DNA of 64,000 bases. It comes from Paraspadella gotoi. Lineage: Eukaryota; Animalia; Chaetognatha. This document shows positions 45,597 through 60,080 of the stretch, one piece after another. Each line of letters starts with the position of its first letter. Positions within the stretch are counted from its first letter, which is position 1. The translations under genes were made by a program, and so were the position numbers. The notes beneath the pieces are model-generated. The model ran no database searches. It was not told where the DNA came from and saw only the letters and a program-made list of their open reading frames with translations. Location: assembly GCA_051294375.1 (NCBI GenBank), contig CM119263.1, positions 5,082,740-5,146,739 of the forward strand, read 5' to 3'.

Positions 45597-46314
45597 TCGT
45601 AGCGACCAGGAATTCCCATCCGTCCTAATTCCAAAAGACTGAATTGAGTCTTAAAAGTTCGAGGCGGAAATCGACTCCTGAGTTTCGTTCGTTGTTTGTT
45701 CCGTTTCGGTTGCGTTGCGTTTTTTCCGTTCCGTTTTCGTTCGTTTCGTTATTTTGTTGTTAGTTCATGCGTTCTGTTCGCTTCTTTATTTTCTTTCGTT
45801 CTTTATATTTTAAGATTTTGGGTAGGCTATCAGTAGCGTTAACCGGACCTATTTAAAGTTTAATGGGAACAGCATTAAACAAATCTAGTTATTTGCGTAT
45901 TCATTATTTAGTTAAAATATTTTTCTGCCAAAAATATTCAGAACTTGAATAGAATCGCTAATTAAAATTATTATATTGCGATAACCATGAGTAATTCGAA
46001 TAATTTAAAAAATTTATTATATTGTTATATTAATGTTTAATTTAAATATATATTTTTTTTTAATTGATTCTGATAGAGATCAAAAAAGTTAAACGAAAAA
46101 TGTAATTACAACCTTTTTTAAAATTTTAATGTTTATTGCCGAAAATAAACAAAAAACTTCTAAAATCATAATGATTATTTTTTTTAAGGTTTTTATCAAA
46201 TTTTTGACCCACTTTTCATCGAAAATATTGAAAGAAAAATTGTATAAGCTATTTTGAATCTGCCTTATAAAAATACAAAATTTGTAAAAAAATTTTACAT
46301 TTCTCTATCTATAT

Positions 46315-47915
46315 TAGGGTATTGCACAAATTTTTTTAAAAATACTGATTTTCTTTATTGGATGGTTTTAAACCTTAATTAAGCCAATCGAAGTGTACTT
46401 TAATCGTTAATTTCCAAGGTTTGACTTTTAAATAGTTGATTTACGCCAACTTGATTTAACGTCAATTTGCGAAGTAGCAGTAACGTTTCTGCCCTTACTG
46501 CTCTCAAGGATATTCAACCAAAATTTTGAAAACGCTTTTTTTTTTTTTTATTAAAAATACATTAGTAGTATTGGATTCGATTTGATTTCTTTTTTTTTTT
46601 ACATGTTTGTTGGCGCTCGGTGCGTAAAAAGTTATGCCAAAACGTATTATTTCCTAGTTAAATATGTGGCGTAATGATTTTCAAAAAAAAAAATTTAAAA
46701 TATTATTCATATTAAATAAGGTGTAAATGTTTATATTTTTAAATTTGCGAAAAGAAATTGTGGCGTAAAAATTGGCGTGAAATGAACCAAAAAAACGAAT
46801 AAATATTATCTAATTCGTGGCACGTAAAGACTTTTTGTTTATTTTCTAGTAAAACTACTCAGTTAAGTGGATTTAAATATTTTTCCAGCCTTCTTTATAC
46901 AAAGTTTTGCGCGTAGAAATGGCGTAAAATTGAACAGACAAACCATATTAATATCATTTAATTCTGTGGCCTTCTAAAACTTTTTTTATTTTTCCAAATA
47001 AAGCTATTAAGTTAGATCGCTTTGGCGTAGAATTGGCGTAAATTGACGTAAACTGCGCCACTTTATACCCCTCATCTCTTGCCCTTTTCTCCCTTTTCTT
47101 TTCTATCTTTTATTTATTACAATCTCCGATTCTAGTCGATTACTTTTCGGGTTTTGATTCTTTAAAATCAAAAGAAAAGACGCAGATACCAAATAAAACT
47201 CAAATATAATAAAAAGCAAACAAAGATATACCACGCTAAAATTCAGTGGAGACCAATTGTATTAAAAGTATCAGAAATTGTGGATCAACAAATGCAGTCT
47301 TTAGCGTTTAATATTTGAACTTGGTTTAAAAAAAGACTATGAATTAATGATATTACCCATATAATAATTACTAGTTATCATGATATTTAGCAAAGGAGGG
47401 AATTGTTATAGGCAGAAAAAAGGCCATGATAAATCTTAATATCATAATAAATATATTTATATCAGTTTCATACCATATGAATGATTCATAGGCCTTAATT
47501 ATACACAATTAGGAAAGATGATATAAAATGGACTATCGCCAGAACTGCTGCACTGGCGCATTTTTGCGGCATCATTCGGGAACTCAATGATGATCAATAT
47601 GTTGAGAGAAAACCCCATGTTACATCTCCTGTAACAGAGGTTTTGCGAGAAAGCTAGTTTTTTGCGCAACAATAAAAATAAATATTGCTTTCTGTTACTA
47701 TTCCAATATTTTTCATTTGAAAGAATTCTTTTTCCGCCGTTTTTTTAGTTAGACTTACCCTTACAGTACCTATATTAAAAAATAAAAATTTTTCTTTTTA
47801 GTATTTTCCCATACAGTAAATATTTTCAAAAAGCCTTGTTTTTTGCCGAATGAAATTCGCCTATTATTTTTCGGCCGATAGAAAAATAAAAATTTCTCGA
47901 TACTGCTAATCCCTA
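46315..47915. mobile_element. Possible hAT-like non-autonomous element (second copy 56201-57726)
   Basis: Ends TAGGGTATTGCA and TGCTAATCCCTA, flanked on both sides by TCTATAT. Interior has recurrent TGGCGTA motifs and ~150-bp tandem units (46760-47050). No empty site is available, and the TIR match is imperfect. Confidence 0.35.
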
Positions 47916-50900
47916 TCTATATAATAAATATTTAAAAAATTGAAGAAAACATTTTTTTTATTATCAATTTTTTTTTTTAATCTAACAAGTTAATTTTAAG
48001 CTGGATTCATTTACATTCAATATATTTACACATTAATCCATTTATCTCCTTTTCAACTTAAGCATATTACTTTAAGCAATACCTAATTCTTAATGCCAAA
48101 AAATATTCACTGCCTAAATACTCTAATTCTTAAGGTCGCCCTTTTAAAAAATGACTCTGAAAGAGACGAAATCGGCATGAAACTTTCATGGAGGGATATT
48201 GTCTTCCTTAAACCACGAGTCTATCATGCACCATCAAGTTCTTAAATCGCGCGGTCGGTGTTGTTGTCGTCGTCGTTGTTTTCGTCTTCTCACCTTTGTG
48301 GAAGCAAAAGCGAAGAGTTTCTTTAGCATATTTCGTGCGTCAAAGAAGCCTATTAACGGAACCATAGAAGATTCATATAAGAATTAAGTGTAACTGTCTC
48401 ACCTACTTAAGGCCGGTTGGACTGGCGCAGCCGTTGAAGGGAGGAAGAGAGGAAGGGGCAGCGAGATAGAGGGAGGAAAGAATTCAAGTTGAGATTTTGA
48501 GATAGAAATGGAATTGAAGTGAGGAAATAGGAAAAGAAAATAATGAGAAAGAAGGGAAAAAGGAAAGGAAACGAAGAAATTAGGAGGAGGAAAGGAGAAA
48601 GATAGGAGGAATGAGGAGGAAAATAAAAGAGGGAGAAAAGGGAGGAAGGCAGAAAAAAAGCAGGGAGAAATGAGGCGAAAAATGAGAAAGGAATAGAGCA
48701 AAATAAAGAGGAGAAAAGGGAGCGAAGGAGAAAAAAAAGAGGAGAAATGCAGGCGAAAAAAATGAGAAAGGAAAGAGGAGGAAATAAAAGAGGAGAAAAA
48801 AAGGAGCGAAAGAGGAAAAAAGAGGAGGAAGGAGTGCCGAAAAATGTGAAAGGTAAGCAGGAGGAATAAAAAGAGGAGAAAAGGGAGGAAGGAGGAAAAA
48901 AGAGGAGCAAGGAGGCGAAAATGAGAAAGGTAATAAGGAGGAAATAAAAGAAGAGGGAAAAAGAAGAAAAAAAGAGGAGAAGGAGCGGAAAATTATACAT
49001 AATAAATAAAGAGGAGGAAGGAGGAAAGGGAGAAAGGAGGGAAAAAAAGAGAAGGAGAGAAGAGGCGGAGATGGAAAGAATGCACTTATGACTTGACGAC
49101 TTTGGAGAAATTTTCATTGAAGAAAGACCATAAATAGTAAGAGAGGGAAGACCAATAGTTCAGAGAGAGAGAGAGAGAGAGCAGATAGAGAGAGAGAGAT
49201 TGAGAGAGAGAGAAGAGCAGAGAAACGTTCAACGACGAAGTAAGAATAAAAAAAGGATAATTTAAAAAAAAGAGAAAAAAGAAAGGAAAAAAATGAGGGT
49301 GGAAAGTGAAAAAGTTAAGATTAAATTAATGAGATTAAGATTAAAATTTAATGAGATTAAGCATTAAAATTAATAAAATTTAAGATTAAGATTAATGAGA
49401 TTAAGATTAAGATATAATGACTTTTTATTTCTTTTTCTATTTTTTTTATTATAAATTTTCTTTTCTTTTTTTGTTTGCTTCTTATAAATATATAGCAGCC
49501 CGAAAAAAGTGTTGCCTTTTTTATCTCCGCCAGAGGCGCTGCAAGGAAAGCTTCATTAAACAAAGGCGAAAAAGATTCACGAAAGATTCTTTACTGTCAA
49601 TTTAACGGACATGAGTTGATTTCGACATCAGCTACGTCAATATATTTTATAATTTCTTCATCAAATGAAATTAATATAAAGCTAATCTTTTTTTCAGTTT
49701 GTATCTTTTCATTCTGTAATCTGAAATAATCTTCTCATCCAATCATTAATCATCTTTTCAGATAGTTTCTGATTATAATTACCTTTCTTTAGGCTTTAAT
49801 CACTAATCTCAAATAAATCGCATTAACTGACTTCAATGTTTCTTATTAACAATTTATCTTTCTACTAACGTCAATTATTTTCTTGATTCCGATTCTTATT
49901 TCTTTGTCACTTTTTTCAAAAAATATTCATATCTAATTATTTTTTTTCTCTCATTCATATTTCTTCTTTAGTTCAAACCATCAGCTTCTGCACTGTCGAA
50001 CGTCATATCATTCCAATTTTGTCATATTATTCATATTTCATTTACTAGTTTCCTCTTTCATAAATTCCACTCACCTCCTTATTTACCTCCTCTGTTTTCT
50101 CTCGACAAACAACAGCGCGGAAAAATAGTTTTAGCGAAGAGACGACGACGGACGATGACGAAGACGACGACGATGACGAAGACGACGACGACTAGAAAAG
50201 ACCGTTACAGACAGACTGACAGCAGAGACAGAAAACGGAGAGAGTAAAGAAAGATTAAAAAAGAAATGTGACAGAGACAGGAGAGACAGTCGCGAGAAAG
50301 TTAAAAAAAAGGCGTTGAAAAACGTATTAAATTATGGGTAGAGTAAGAGAGAGAGAAGAGATGAGAAGAGAGACGAGAAGACTAGGGAGAGAGAGAGTGA
50401 GAGAGTGAGAGAGAAAGAGAGCATTTGATTGATTATTCTACTCATAAGTCAATTTAAACATTTACATTTACAATTCATAGGATCGTAAGAGAGTCCGTAC
50501 ATGAATATTATGTAGAGAGAGAGAAAGACGTGACGAGAGAGGAGGCATGAGAGGAGACGGGCAGAGATGAGAGAGAGAGGGAGATTAAGAGCTAGAGGAC
50601 GAGAGAGAAAAAGCATTGATCCAACTTCTTTTCATTTTCTTGTTAATATCATTAAAAAAGCTTTTCTCTTTTCTCATACAAGGAAAGCCCCTGGATTCAG
50701 TTGCTGGGCACTCTCTCGCTCTCTCTTTCTTTCACTCTTCTCTGTGTTCTGTCTGTGTCGTTTCGAATCCGTTATTTCCCTTTTTCTTTCTTCTTGTCTA
50801 TCTTTCTTTCATTCTATCTTTTATTTCTATCTTTCTTTCTTTCTTTCTTTTTTTCATTTTCGTATTTCTTAATTCTGCCTTTCTCCTTTTTCGTCTCTCC

Positions 50901-51664
50901 TCTCTGTCTTGTCTCACTCTATATCCTTATCACTCTCTCTCTCTCTCTATTTTCTCTCTCTGTTTCGTCTGCTTTTAATAAAACTGCAGCGAAAAATATA
51001 CGTCGCGTTTCTGTCTCATCCTAACGCCTGCGTCGTCGCGTCGTCGCGTCGTCGTTGTTATCCACGCTGCTGTCTTAATATGACGACGCGTCTATTAATA
51101 TTGTCTTGGCAGTCAGTGTACTGTCTTCTTCGTCGTCTGTCGTCGTCGTCGTCCTCGTTTATTCCCTCCGGCCAGTTGGACGTGGAACAATCAAAAGACA
51201 GTCAAGCAGCCCTTCGTCGTCGTCGTTGTCGTCGTCGTCTGTCGTTCGTCTGTACCTTTGTAGCCTTTTCTTTCCTCAATTTCACTTCCCTCTTCTCCCT
51301 TCCTTTCTCTCTCTTCCTCTCCTCTCCCTCCCCTCTTCTTCTCTCCCAACCCTCCCACCTCCGCCCCCCCCTCCGTCCCCAAAAGCCGTTTACCCACCTC
51401 TCAGTCAGAGTCGTTGGTATCTTTAAGCAGACGAAGAGATGGCGGAAGGGAAGAAAAAGGCTGAAGGCGAGATGAGGAGAGGAGGAGAGAGAGGGAGAGA
51501 GAGAAGAAGAGAGAGAGAGGAGAGAGAGAGAGAGACGAGAGAGAGAGAGATTGAGCAGGCGGAAGTGAAAAGACAGAAGAAATAAAGCGCTCATTCAAAC
51601 AAGAAGGCAGAAGACTGTGAGAGATAGCCAGAGAGATGAGATAGAATGAGAGACGAGAGAGAGA

Positions 51665-51703
<39 letters not shown>

Positions 51704-52196
51704 GAGAGACGAGACAGAGAGACGAGAGAGAGAGAGACGTGGTCATGTTTGGTCTATTCATATTCTTTGTTGTCATTCCCCCACGTATGATAACGGCGAA
51801 TCCTGTTGTGAAAAAATCTGAAAAAAACTGGAAAAATCTGACATAAAAAATATTCGATTTTACTTTTATTTTTCAATCACTGAATTAAAGTTAAAAATGA
51901 AATGAAAATAAAAATGAAAGAGACATGAAAAAAACATTTTGTCACGAAACATTGAACGAACTGAAACGAAATAAGATGAAAATTTAAAAAAGTATTCTAT
52001 GAATTGTTAAGACTAAGACGACGACGGACGACGGACGACGACGACGACGACGACCGACCGACGACACCACAAAACTTCGATCCGCTTCTATTTAATTAAT
52101 TCTCGCTTCGTCCTCCTTTTTCCGAAAGCCGCTTCTCTCCGCCATTTTCAAGCCGATTGCCAATCCTACCCCTCGAATCTTGACAAAATATTGGCT

Positions 52197-52262
<66 letters not shown>

Positions 52263-53714
52263 TTTCACTCAACTCTTAAAAAATCTAAACAAGTCTGAAA
52301 AACCGATGGAGAGAAAAGACGACAAAAAAAATGAGATAACGAGAATAAAAGAAGAAAAAGTTTGAAAATAAATAAAACTGAATGAATAGAGATAAAAATA
52401 CAAAAAATATATATATATAATAAATATTATATATTAATAGTCATTGTCTTTTCGTCGTGTATTCAGAAATTTTAAGGAAAACAGCGTTTTATAGGCGAAA
52501 CAACGATTTGTTTAATGTGATACAATCGGACATGTTTACTATCTAGGAAAAAAAAGTATGTCACATTTTTAGTCGTGTTATAACTACTCAAAAAACATTA
52601 TTTGATTTTAGAAAAAAATCAGAAGTTTCAGAATCTACATTAAATTTTTTTTTAGTTGCTTCCTTCCTTTTTTTTGTAGGTCAAATCGTTTAGAAGTTAC
52701 AGCGCCAAAAACATCGCTACTTCAAATAAAAATGGTAAAAAAATTATAATTTAGTTTTTACCATTTTTATTTAGTTATTTATTTTAATTACAAATAGAGT
52801 TAGTTATTTTTATTAAATTGCGTATTGCTAAAATGCATTGCACCTTCTTTTTAGTTTCAATAAGTGCTATTATAACTTCTCCAGAAAAATGGAAAAAACG
52901 CACGTAATATCAACCATCAAAACTTAAAAGAATTGCGTGAAAGATAGGGAAAAACATTCTTACTGTTATACCTTAATTCGCTGCTACGAAAGCATACCCA
53001 GACAAATGTGGGCAGTAAATCGATGGCTGAAAGAGGTCATACTAAATATGATAATATTTCCTTTATTTTATAGAAATTTGGTACAACCAATATAAAATTA
53101 TACCATTCATTTAATAAAATAAGCTATCTTGCCCCTGACTTTATATTTTATTTTTTATATTTTATATGAATCATGAATGCCCCGACTTTTATATTTTATA
53201 TTTTTATATTCCTTTTATTGAAATAATTATTATAATTAATCATGCTGAAAATTATACTTTTTTTCCTAGATAGTTAGACTCGTCTCGCACCATTAAACAA
53301 AGTGAACTTAAAAATTGAAGTCACATTGGTTGTCGGTCCTTAACAATAACTTTTTAGCAAGAACAAATTATGAAAAACGTTTTAAAAAGAAAAAAATATT
53401 AATTTGATTCCTTATTCAATCCTTAATCGTAATCAAATAAACAAAATAGGTTTAGGGTCGTGGGAAAGAAGTTGTGCCGTACACGTGTCTCTTATCAGAG
53501 AGAGAAAAGAGAGAGAGGAGAGAGAGGAGAGAGAGAGGAGAGAGGAGAGAGAGAAGAGAGAGAGAGAGAGAGAAGGAGAGAGAGAGAGAGAGTAAAAAGA
53601 AAAAAAGAAAAAAAAAAAAAAAGCAAAAGAAAAAGATGAAAGAAAAATGAAAAGAAAAAAAAAGGAAAAGGGAAGTTGCTAAAAAAGATGAAATTTCATT
53701 ATTTCTTTTTTTCT

Positions 53715-53764
<50 letters not shown>

Positions 53765-53899
53765 ATCTCTGCTATCTCTTCTCATCATCGATTGATTTTA
53801 CTCCTCAAAGAAATCCGAGAACCACAACCGTAACATTTCCGGTTGCCAGAAAATTTCTCTTATTGTTGTGTTGTTGTGTTGTTCGTTGTGTTGTTGTGG

Positions 53900-53945
<46 letters not shown>

Positions 53946-54084
53946 GTTGTTTTTAAAAGGTTCGATATTGGGCAGGGAAAACTGAAGACTTTTTTTCCGT
54001 TTGTTTGTTTTGTTTTATTAATTTTAGTTTTTGCAGAAAGAGAGAGAGAGAAGAGAGAGATGAGAGAGAGCAGAGAGAGAGAGC

Positions 54085-54614
54085 ATGCCGGCGCATTGCG
54101 AAAATGACATATAAATATACATCGAGAAAATATGTAACAAAATGAAAAAGCAAAGAAAATTTGAAAAACTTTTAGCCAAATTGAGAAAAAGAGGGGAAGC
54201 GAAAGAAGAGTACGGGAAACGAACAGCAATCGAAAAAAAATGTAATGAGAAGCGGAAAGGATGAGAAAAGGAATTGGGCGAGCAAGCCGAACAGGTAAAC
54301 AGAGGAAAGCGATGTTGAAAAGCCGAAAGTTCTGCCCAAACAAGAAGTCAGTGGATGAGAAGCATTTTGAAAATTTAAAGCAATTAGATAGACGCGAGGA
54401 GAAACAATAGAAAGCCAAAAAAGCGAATGAGAGCGGAGCGAGAAGCTGGAGGAGAAGCGGAAATTTCAAATTCCTCACAATTCGACTCCAGAAGAATCTG
54501 ATCTATTTTCGCGTTGGAACGACGAAGATTCAAAAACATCGAATCTATTTTAGCCCAAAAAAAAATGGAATTTGCGTGAAGGAAATGCCACTGCGAGCCA
54601 AAATCTGGATATAA
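54085..54614 (+). pseudogene. Frameshifted coiled-coil coding-like segment, possibly F-BAR/FCH-like (error-riddled exon or pseudogene)
   Basis: Fragments across frames: MPAHCEND, YIEKICNKMKKQRKFEKL, AKLRKRGEAKEEYGKR, FALERRRFKNIESILAQKKMEF. Upstream acceptor tttttgcag at ~54036. Confidence 0.3.
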
Positions 54615-55326
54615 ACAGAGAGAGAAGAGAGAGACGAGAGACGAGAGACGAGAGAGAGAGAGAAAGAGAGAAAGAGAGAGAGAGAGAGAGAGAAGAGAGA
54701 GAGAGCAGAGTGTGTGGTGTCGCTTACGTGCCAAGACACTTCTTCTCAGAAATGAACTTAAAATTCGCGTGGACAAAACGATGTGACGCGTCTTTGCGTC
54801 AACAAATCCGTTGCATCACTTTGGTCACGTGACCCTCTTCTTAACTCGTCACGCCGCCTCCCTACTCGATCCAACATTCAAGCGTCCAACATTCAGATTT
54901 CGCGAATTAAATTCCAAGTTTGTTCTTACAAACGATTCATTAGGGAATCCCGCTCCACAGTTTTAAACCGATTAGCGTCAAAAGGGAAGGAGTGGGATAG
55001 TGAAGCGAATGCAAGAGAACTCTCTCTCCTCTCTCTCTGTCTCTCTGTCTCTCTCTCTCTCCGTCTTTTGTCTCTCTCTCTGTCTCTCTGCTCTCTCTCT
55101 CGTCCGCTGTTTTTGTCTCCTCTCTCTCTCTTCTATATCTCTCTCTCACTCGTTGAAGATGATCTTTGAGTCTCATTATCTTTTAAAGTCACTTGAAAAA
55201 TCGAATAGTTTTCGCTTAAGAAACAAAATTTACTAAAGAAAAACAAAAAATTCAACTAAAGACCAAACAAATCCTAGAGTGAGAGAAGAGAGAGGAGGAG
55301 ACGAGAGTGAGACGACGAGAGAGAGA

Positions 55327-55358
<32 letters not shown>

Positions 55359-58319
55359 GAGAGAAGAGAGAGCGCGGAAACTCTTTTTCCAACTCTGGTT
55401 CCTTAATTTTTATTTAATTTCCTTTGATGAGTTCGCTCGAGGAAAACAGTTGCTCCAATTCCTTCTTCTCAAGAAAGCAAATTCATACTCTCTCTTTCTC
55501 TCTCAATCTCGTTAGCGACGAAATTCCATCGTCTTAATTCCAAAGACTGAATTGAGTCTTAAAAGATTCGAGGCGGAAATCGACTCCTGAGTTTCGTTCG
55601 TTGGTTTGTTCCGTTTCGTTCGTTGGTTTGTTCCGTTCCGTTTCGTTCGTTTCGTTATTTTGTTCGTTAGTTCATGCGTTCTTTCGTTCTTTATTTTCTT
55701 CGTTCGTATATTTTAGATTTGGTAGGCTATCAGTAGCGTTAACCGACCTAATTTAAAGTTTAATGGGAACAGCATTAAACAAATCTATTATTGGTATTCA
55801 TTATTTAGTTAAAATATTTTTCTGCAAAAATATTCAGAACCGTGAATAAATCGCTAATTAAAATTATTATATTGCGATAACCATGAGTAATTCGATAATT
55901 TAAATTATTATATTGTTATATAATGTTAATTTTATATATATATTTTTTTTTAATTGATTCTGATAGAGATCAAAAAGTTAAACGAAAAATGTAATTACAA
56001 CCTTTTAAAATTTTAATGTTTTATTGCCGAAAATAAACAAAAACTTCTAAAATCATAATGATTATTTTTTTTAAGGTTTTTATCAATTTTGACCCACTTT
56101 TCATCAAAATATTGAAAAGAAAAATTTTATAAGCTATTTGAATCTGCTTATAAAAATACAAAATTTGTAAAAAAAATTTTTTTACATTCTCTATCTATAT
56201 TAGGGTATTGCACAAAATTTTTAAAAATACTGATTTCTTTATTGGATGGTTTTAAACCTATATTAAGCCAATCGAAGTGTACTTTAATCGTTAATTCCAA
56301 GTTTGACTTTAAATATGATTTACGCCAACTGATTTACACGTAATTTGGGAGTAACGTTTCTGCCCCCTTACTGCTCTCAAGGATATTCAACCAAATTTTG
56401 GAAAACGCTTTTTTTTTATTAAAAAATACATAGTAGTATTGGATTCCGATTTGATTTCTTTTTTTTTTACATGTTTGTTGGCGCTGGTGGCGTAAAAAGT
56501 ATGCCAAACGTAATTATTCCTAGTTAATATGTGGCATATGATTTTAAAAAAAAAATAATTTATCATATTAAATAAGTGTAAATGTTTATATTTTAAATTT
56601 GGAAAAGAATTTTGGCGTAAAATGGCGTGAAATGAACCAAAAAACGATATAAATATTATCTAATTCTGTGCGTAAAGACTTTTTGTTTATTTTCTAGTAA
56701 AAACTACTCAGTTAAGTTGATTTAATATTTTTCCAGCCTTCTTTATACAAAAGTTTGGCGTAGAATGGCGTAAAATGAACAGAAAACCATATTAATATCA
56801 TTTAATTTTGTGGCGTTAAAACTTTTTTTCATTTTCCAAATAAAGCTATTAAGTTAAGGTGCTTTGGCGTAGAATGGCGTAAATTGACGTAAAACTGCGC
56901 CACTTTATCCCCTCATCTCTTTCCCTTTCCTCCCTTTTCTTTTCTCTTTTATTTTTATACAATCTCCGATTCTAAGTCGATTACTTTTCGGTTTGATTCT
57001 TTAAAATCAAAGAAAAAACGATACCGAAAATAAAACTCAAATCATTAGATAAAGAAACAAAGATATACCACGTAAAATCTCAGGACCAATTGTATTAAAA
57101 GTATCAGAAATTGTGGATCAACAATGGTCCTTTAGGTTTAATATTTGAACTTGGTTAAAAAAAGACTATGATAATGATATTACCCATTATAATAATTATA
57201 GGTATCATGTATATTTAGCAAAGGAGGAATTGTTATAGGCAGAAAAAAGGCATGATAAATTTAAGATCATAATAAATATATTTATATCAGTTTCATACAT
57301 ATTGATGATTCATAGGCCTTAATATACAATAGGAAAGATGATATAAAATGACTATCGCCAGAACTGCTGCTGGCGCATTTTTGCGCATCATTTTTGGGAA
57401 TCAATGATGATCAATATGTTGAGAGAAAACCCATTTGCATCTCCTGTAACCAGAGGTTTTGCGAGGAAAGCCTAGTTTTTTGCGCAACAATAAAAATAAT
57501 ATTGCTTTCTGTACTATTCCAATATTTTTCTTATTTGAAAAGATTCTTTTTCGGTTTTTAGTTAGACTTACCCTTACAGTACCTATATTTAAAAATAAAA
57601 TTTTTCTTTTTAGTATTTTCCATACAGTAAATATTTCAAAAAACCTTGTTTTTTGGAATGAAAATTCCCTATTATTTTTTCGGCCGATAGAAAAATAAAA
57701 ATTTCGTCGAATACTGCTAATCCCTATCTATATAATAAATATTAAAAAATTGAAGAAAACATTTTTTTTATTATCAATTTTTTTTTTAAATCTAACAAGT
57801 TTAATTTTAAGTGGATTCATTACATTCAATATATTTACACATTAATCATTTATCTCCTTTTCAACTTAAGCTATACTCTTAAGCAATACCTAATTCTTAA
57901 TGCAAAAAATATTCACTGCCTAAATACTTAAGTCTTAAGGTCGCCCTTTAAAATGACTCTGAAGAGACGAAATCGGCCATAAACTTTCATGAGGGATATT
58001 GTCTTCCCTTAACCACGAGTCTATATGACCATCAAGTTCTTAAATCGCGGTCGGTGTTGTTGTCGTCGTCGTTGTTGTCGTCTTCTCACCTTTGTGGAAG
58101 CAAAAGCGAAGAGTCTTAGCAATTCGTGCGTCAAGAAGCCATTAACGGAACCATAGAAGATTCATATAAGAATTAAGTGTAACTGTCTCACCTACTTAAG
58201 GCCGGTTGGACTCGGCGAGCGGTTTGAAGGGGGGAGGAAGAGAGAAGGGGGAGGAGAGAGAGGGAGGAAAGAATTCAAGTTGAGATTGAGAAGAAATGGA
58301 ATGAAGTGAGTGAAATAGG

Positions 58320-58850
58320 AAAAGAAAATAAATGAGAAAGAAGAAAAAGGAAAGGAAACGAAGAAAATAGGAGGAGGAAAGGAGGAAAGAAGGAGGAATG
58401 AGGAGGAAATAAAAGAGGAGAAAAGGGAGGAAGGAGAAAAAAAGAGGAGAAATGAGGCGAAAAATGAGAAAGGAATGAGGAGGAAATAAAAGAGGAGAAA
58501 AGGGAGGAAGGAGAAAAAAAGAGGAGAAATGAGGCGAAAAATGAGAAAGGAAAGAGGAGGAAATAAAAGAGGAGAAAAAGGAGGAAAGAGGAAAAAAGAG
58601 GAGGAAGGAGGCGAAAAATGAGAAAGGTAAGAGGAGGAAATAAAAGAGGAGAAAAGGGAGGAAGGAGGAAAAAAGAGGAGCAAGGAGGCGAAAAATGAGA
58701 AAGGTAAAAGGAGGAAATAAAAGAAGAGGAAAAGAAGAAAAAAAGAGGAGGAAGGAGGCGGAAAAATATAATAATAAATAAAAGAGGAGGAAGGGAGGAA
58801 AGGGAGAAAGGAGGAAAAAAAGAGAAGGAGGAAGAGGCGGAGATGAAGAA
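58320..58850. repeat. Polypurine tandem array (~75-80-bp unit GAGGAGGAAATAAAAGAGGAGAAAAGGGAGGAAGG..GGCGAAAAATGAGAAAGG); second copy 48540-49070
   Basis: Recurring unit; nearly pyrimidine-free on the + strand. Confidence 0.8.
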
Positions 58851-58925
58851 TCACTTATGACTTTGACGACTTTGGAGGAAATTTTCATGAAAGGAAAGAA
58901 ATAATAGAAGAGAGGGAAGACCAAT

Positions 58926-58979
<54 letters not shown>

Positions 58980-60080
58980 GTTCAAACGACGAAGTCAAGA
59001 ATAAAAAAAGGATAATTTAAAAAAAAGAGAAAAAAGGAAAGAAAAAAAATGAGGTGAAAAGTGAAAAAGTTAAGATTAAAATTAATGAGATTAAGATTAA
59101 AATTAATGAGATTAAGATTAAAATTAATGAAATTAAGATTAAGATTAATGAGATTAAGATTAAGATTAATGACTTTTTATTTCTTTTTCTATTTTTTTTA
59201 TTATAAATTTTCTTTTCTTTTTGTTTGCTTCTTATAAATAATATAGCAGCCGAAAAAAAAAGTGTTTTCCTTTTTATCTCCGCCAGAGGCGCTGAAGGAA
59301 AGCTTCATTAAACAAAAGGGAAAAAGATTTCACGAAAGATTCTTTATGTAATTTAACGGACATGAGTGATTTCGACATCAGCTACGTCAATATATTTTAT
59401 AATTTCTTCATCAAATTGAAATTAATTAAAGCTAATTCTTTTTTTCGTTTGTATTCTTTTCATTCTGTAATCTGAAATAATCTTCTCATCAATCATAATC
59501 TAATCTTTTCAGATAGTTGTGATTATAATTACCTTTTCTTTAGGCTTAATCATAATCTCAAATAAATTCGGCATTAACTGTTCAATGTTCTTATTAACAA
59601 TTATTTTTCTACTACGTCAAATTATTTTCTTGATTCCGATTTCTTATTTCTTTGTCTTTTTTTCAAAAAATATTCATATCTAATTATTTTTTTTTCTCTC
59701 ATTCATATTTTTCTTCTTTAGTCAACCAATCAGCGTCTGCACGTGTCGAACGTCATATGCATTCCATATTTTGTCATATTCATTCATATTCATTTACTGT
59801 TTCCTCTTCATAAATTCACTCACCTCCTTATTTACCTCCTCTGTTTTCTCTCGACAAACAACAGCGCGGAAAATTAGTTTTAGACGAAGACGACGACGAT
59901 GACGAAGACGACGACGATGACGAAGACGACGACGACTAGAAAAGACGTTACAGACAGACTGACAGAGAGACAGAAACGGAGAGAGTAAGAAAGATTAAAA
60001 AAGAAATGTGACAGAGACAGAGAGACATCAGGATGAAAGTAGAAAAAGGCGTTGGAAAACGTATAAAATTAGGGTAGAGT

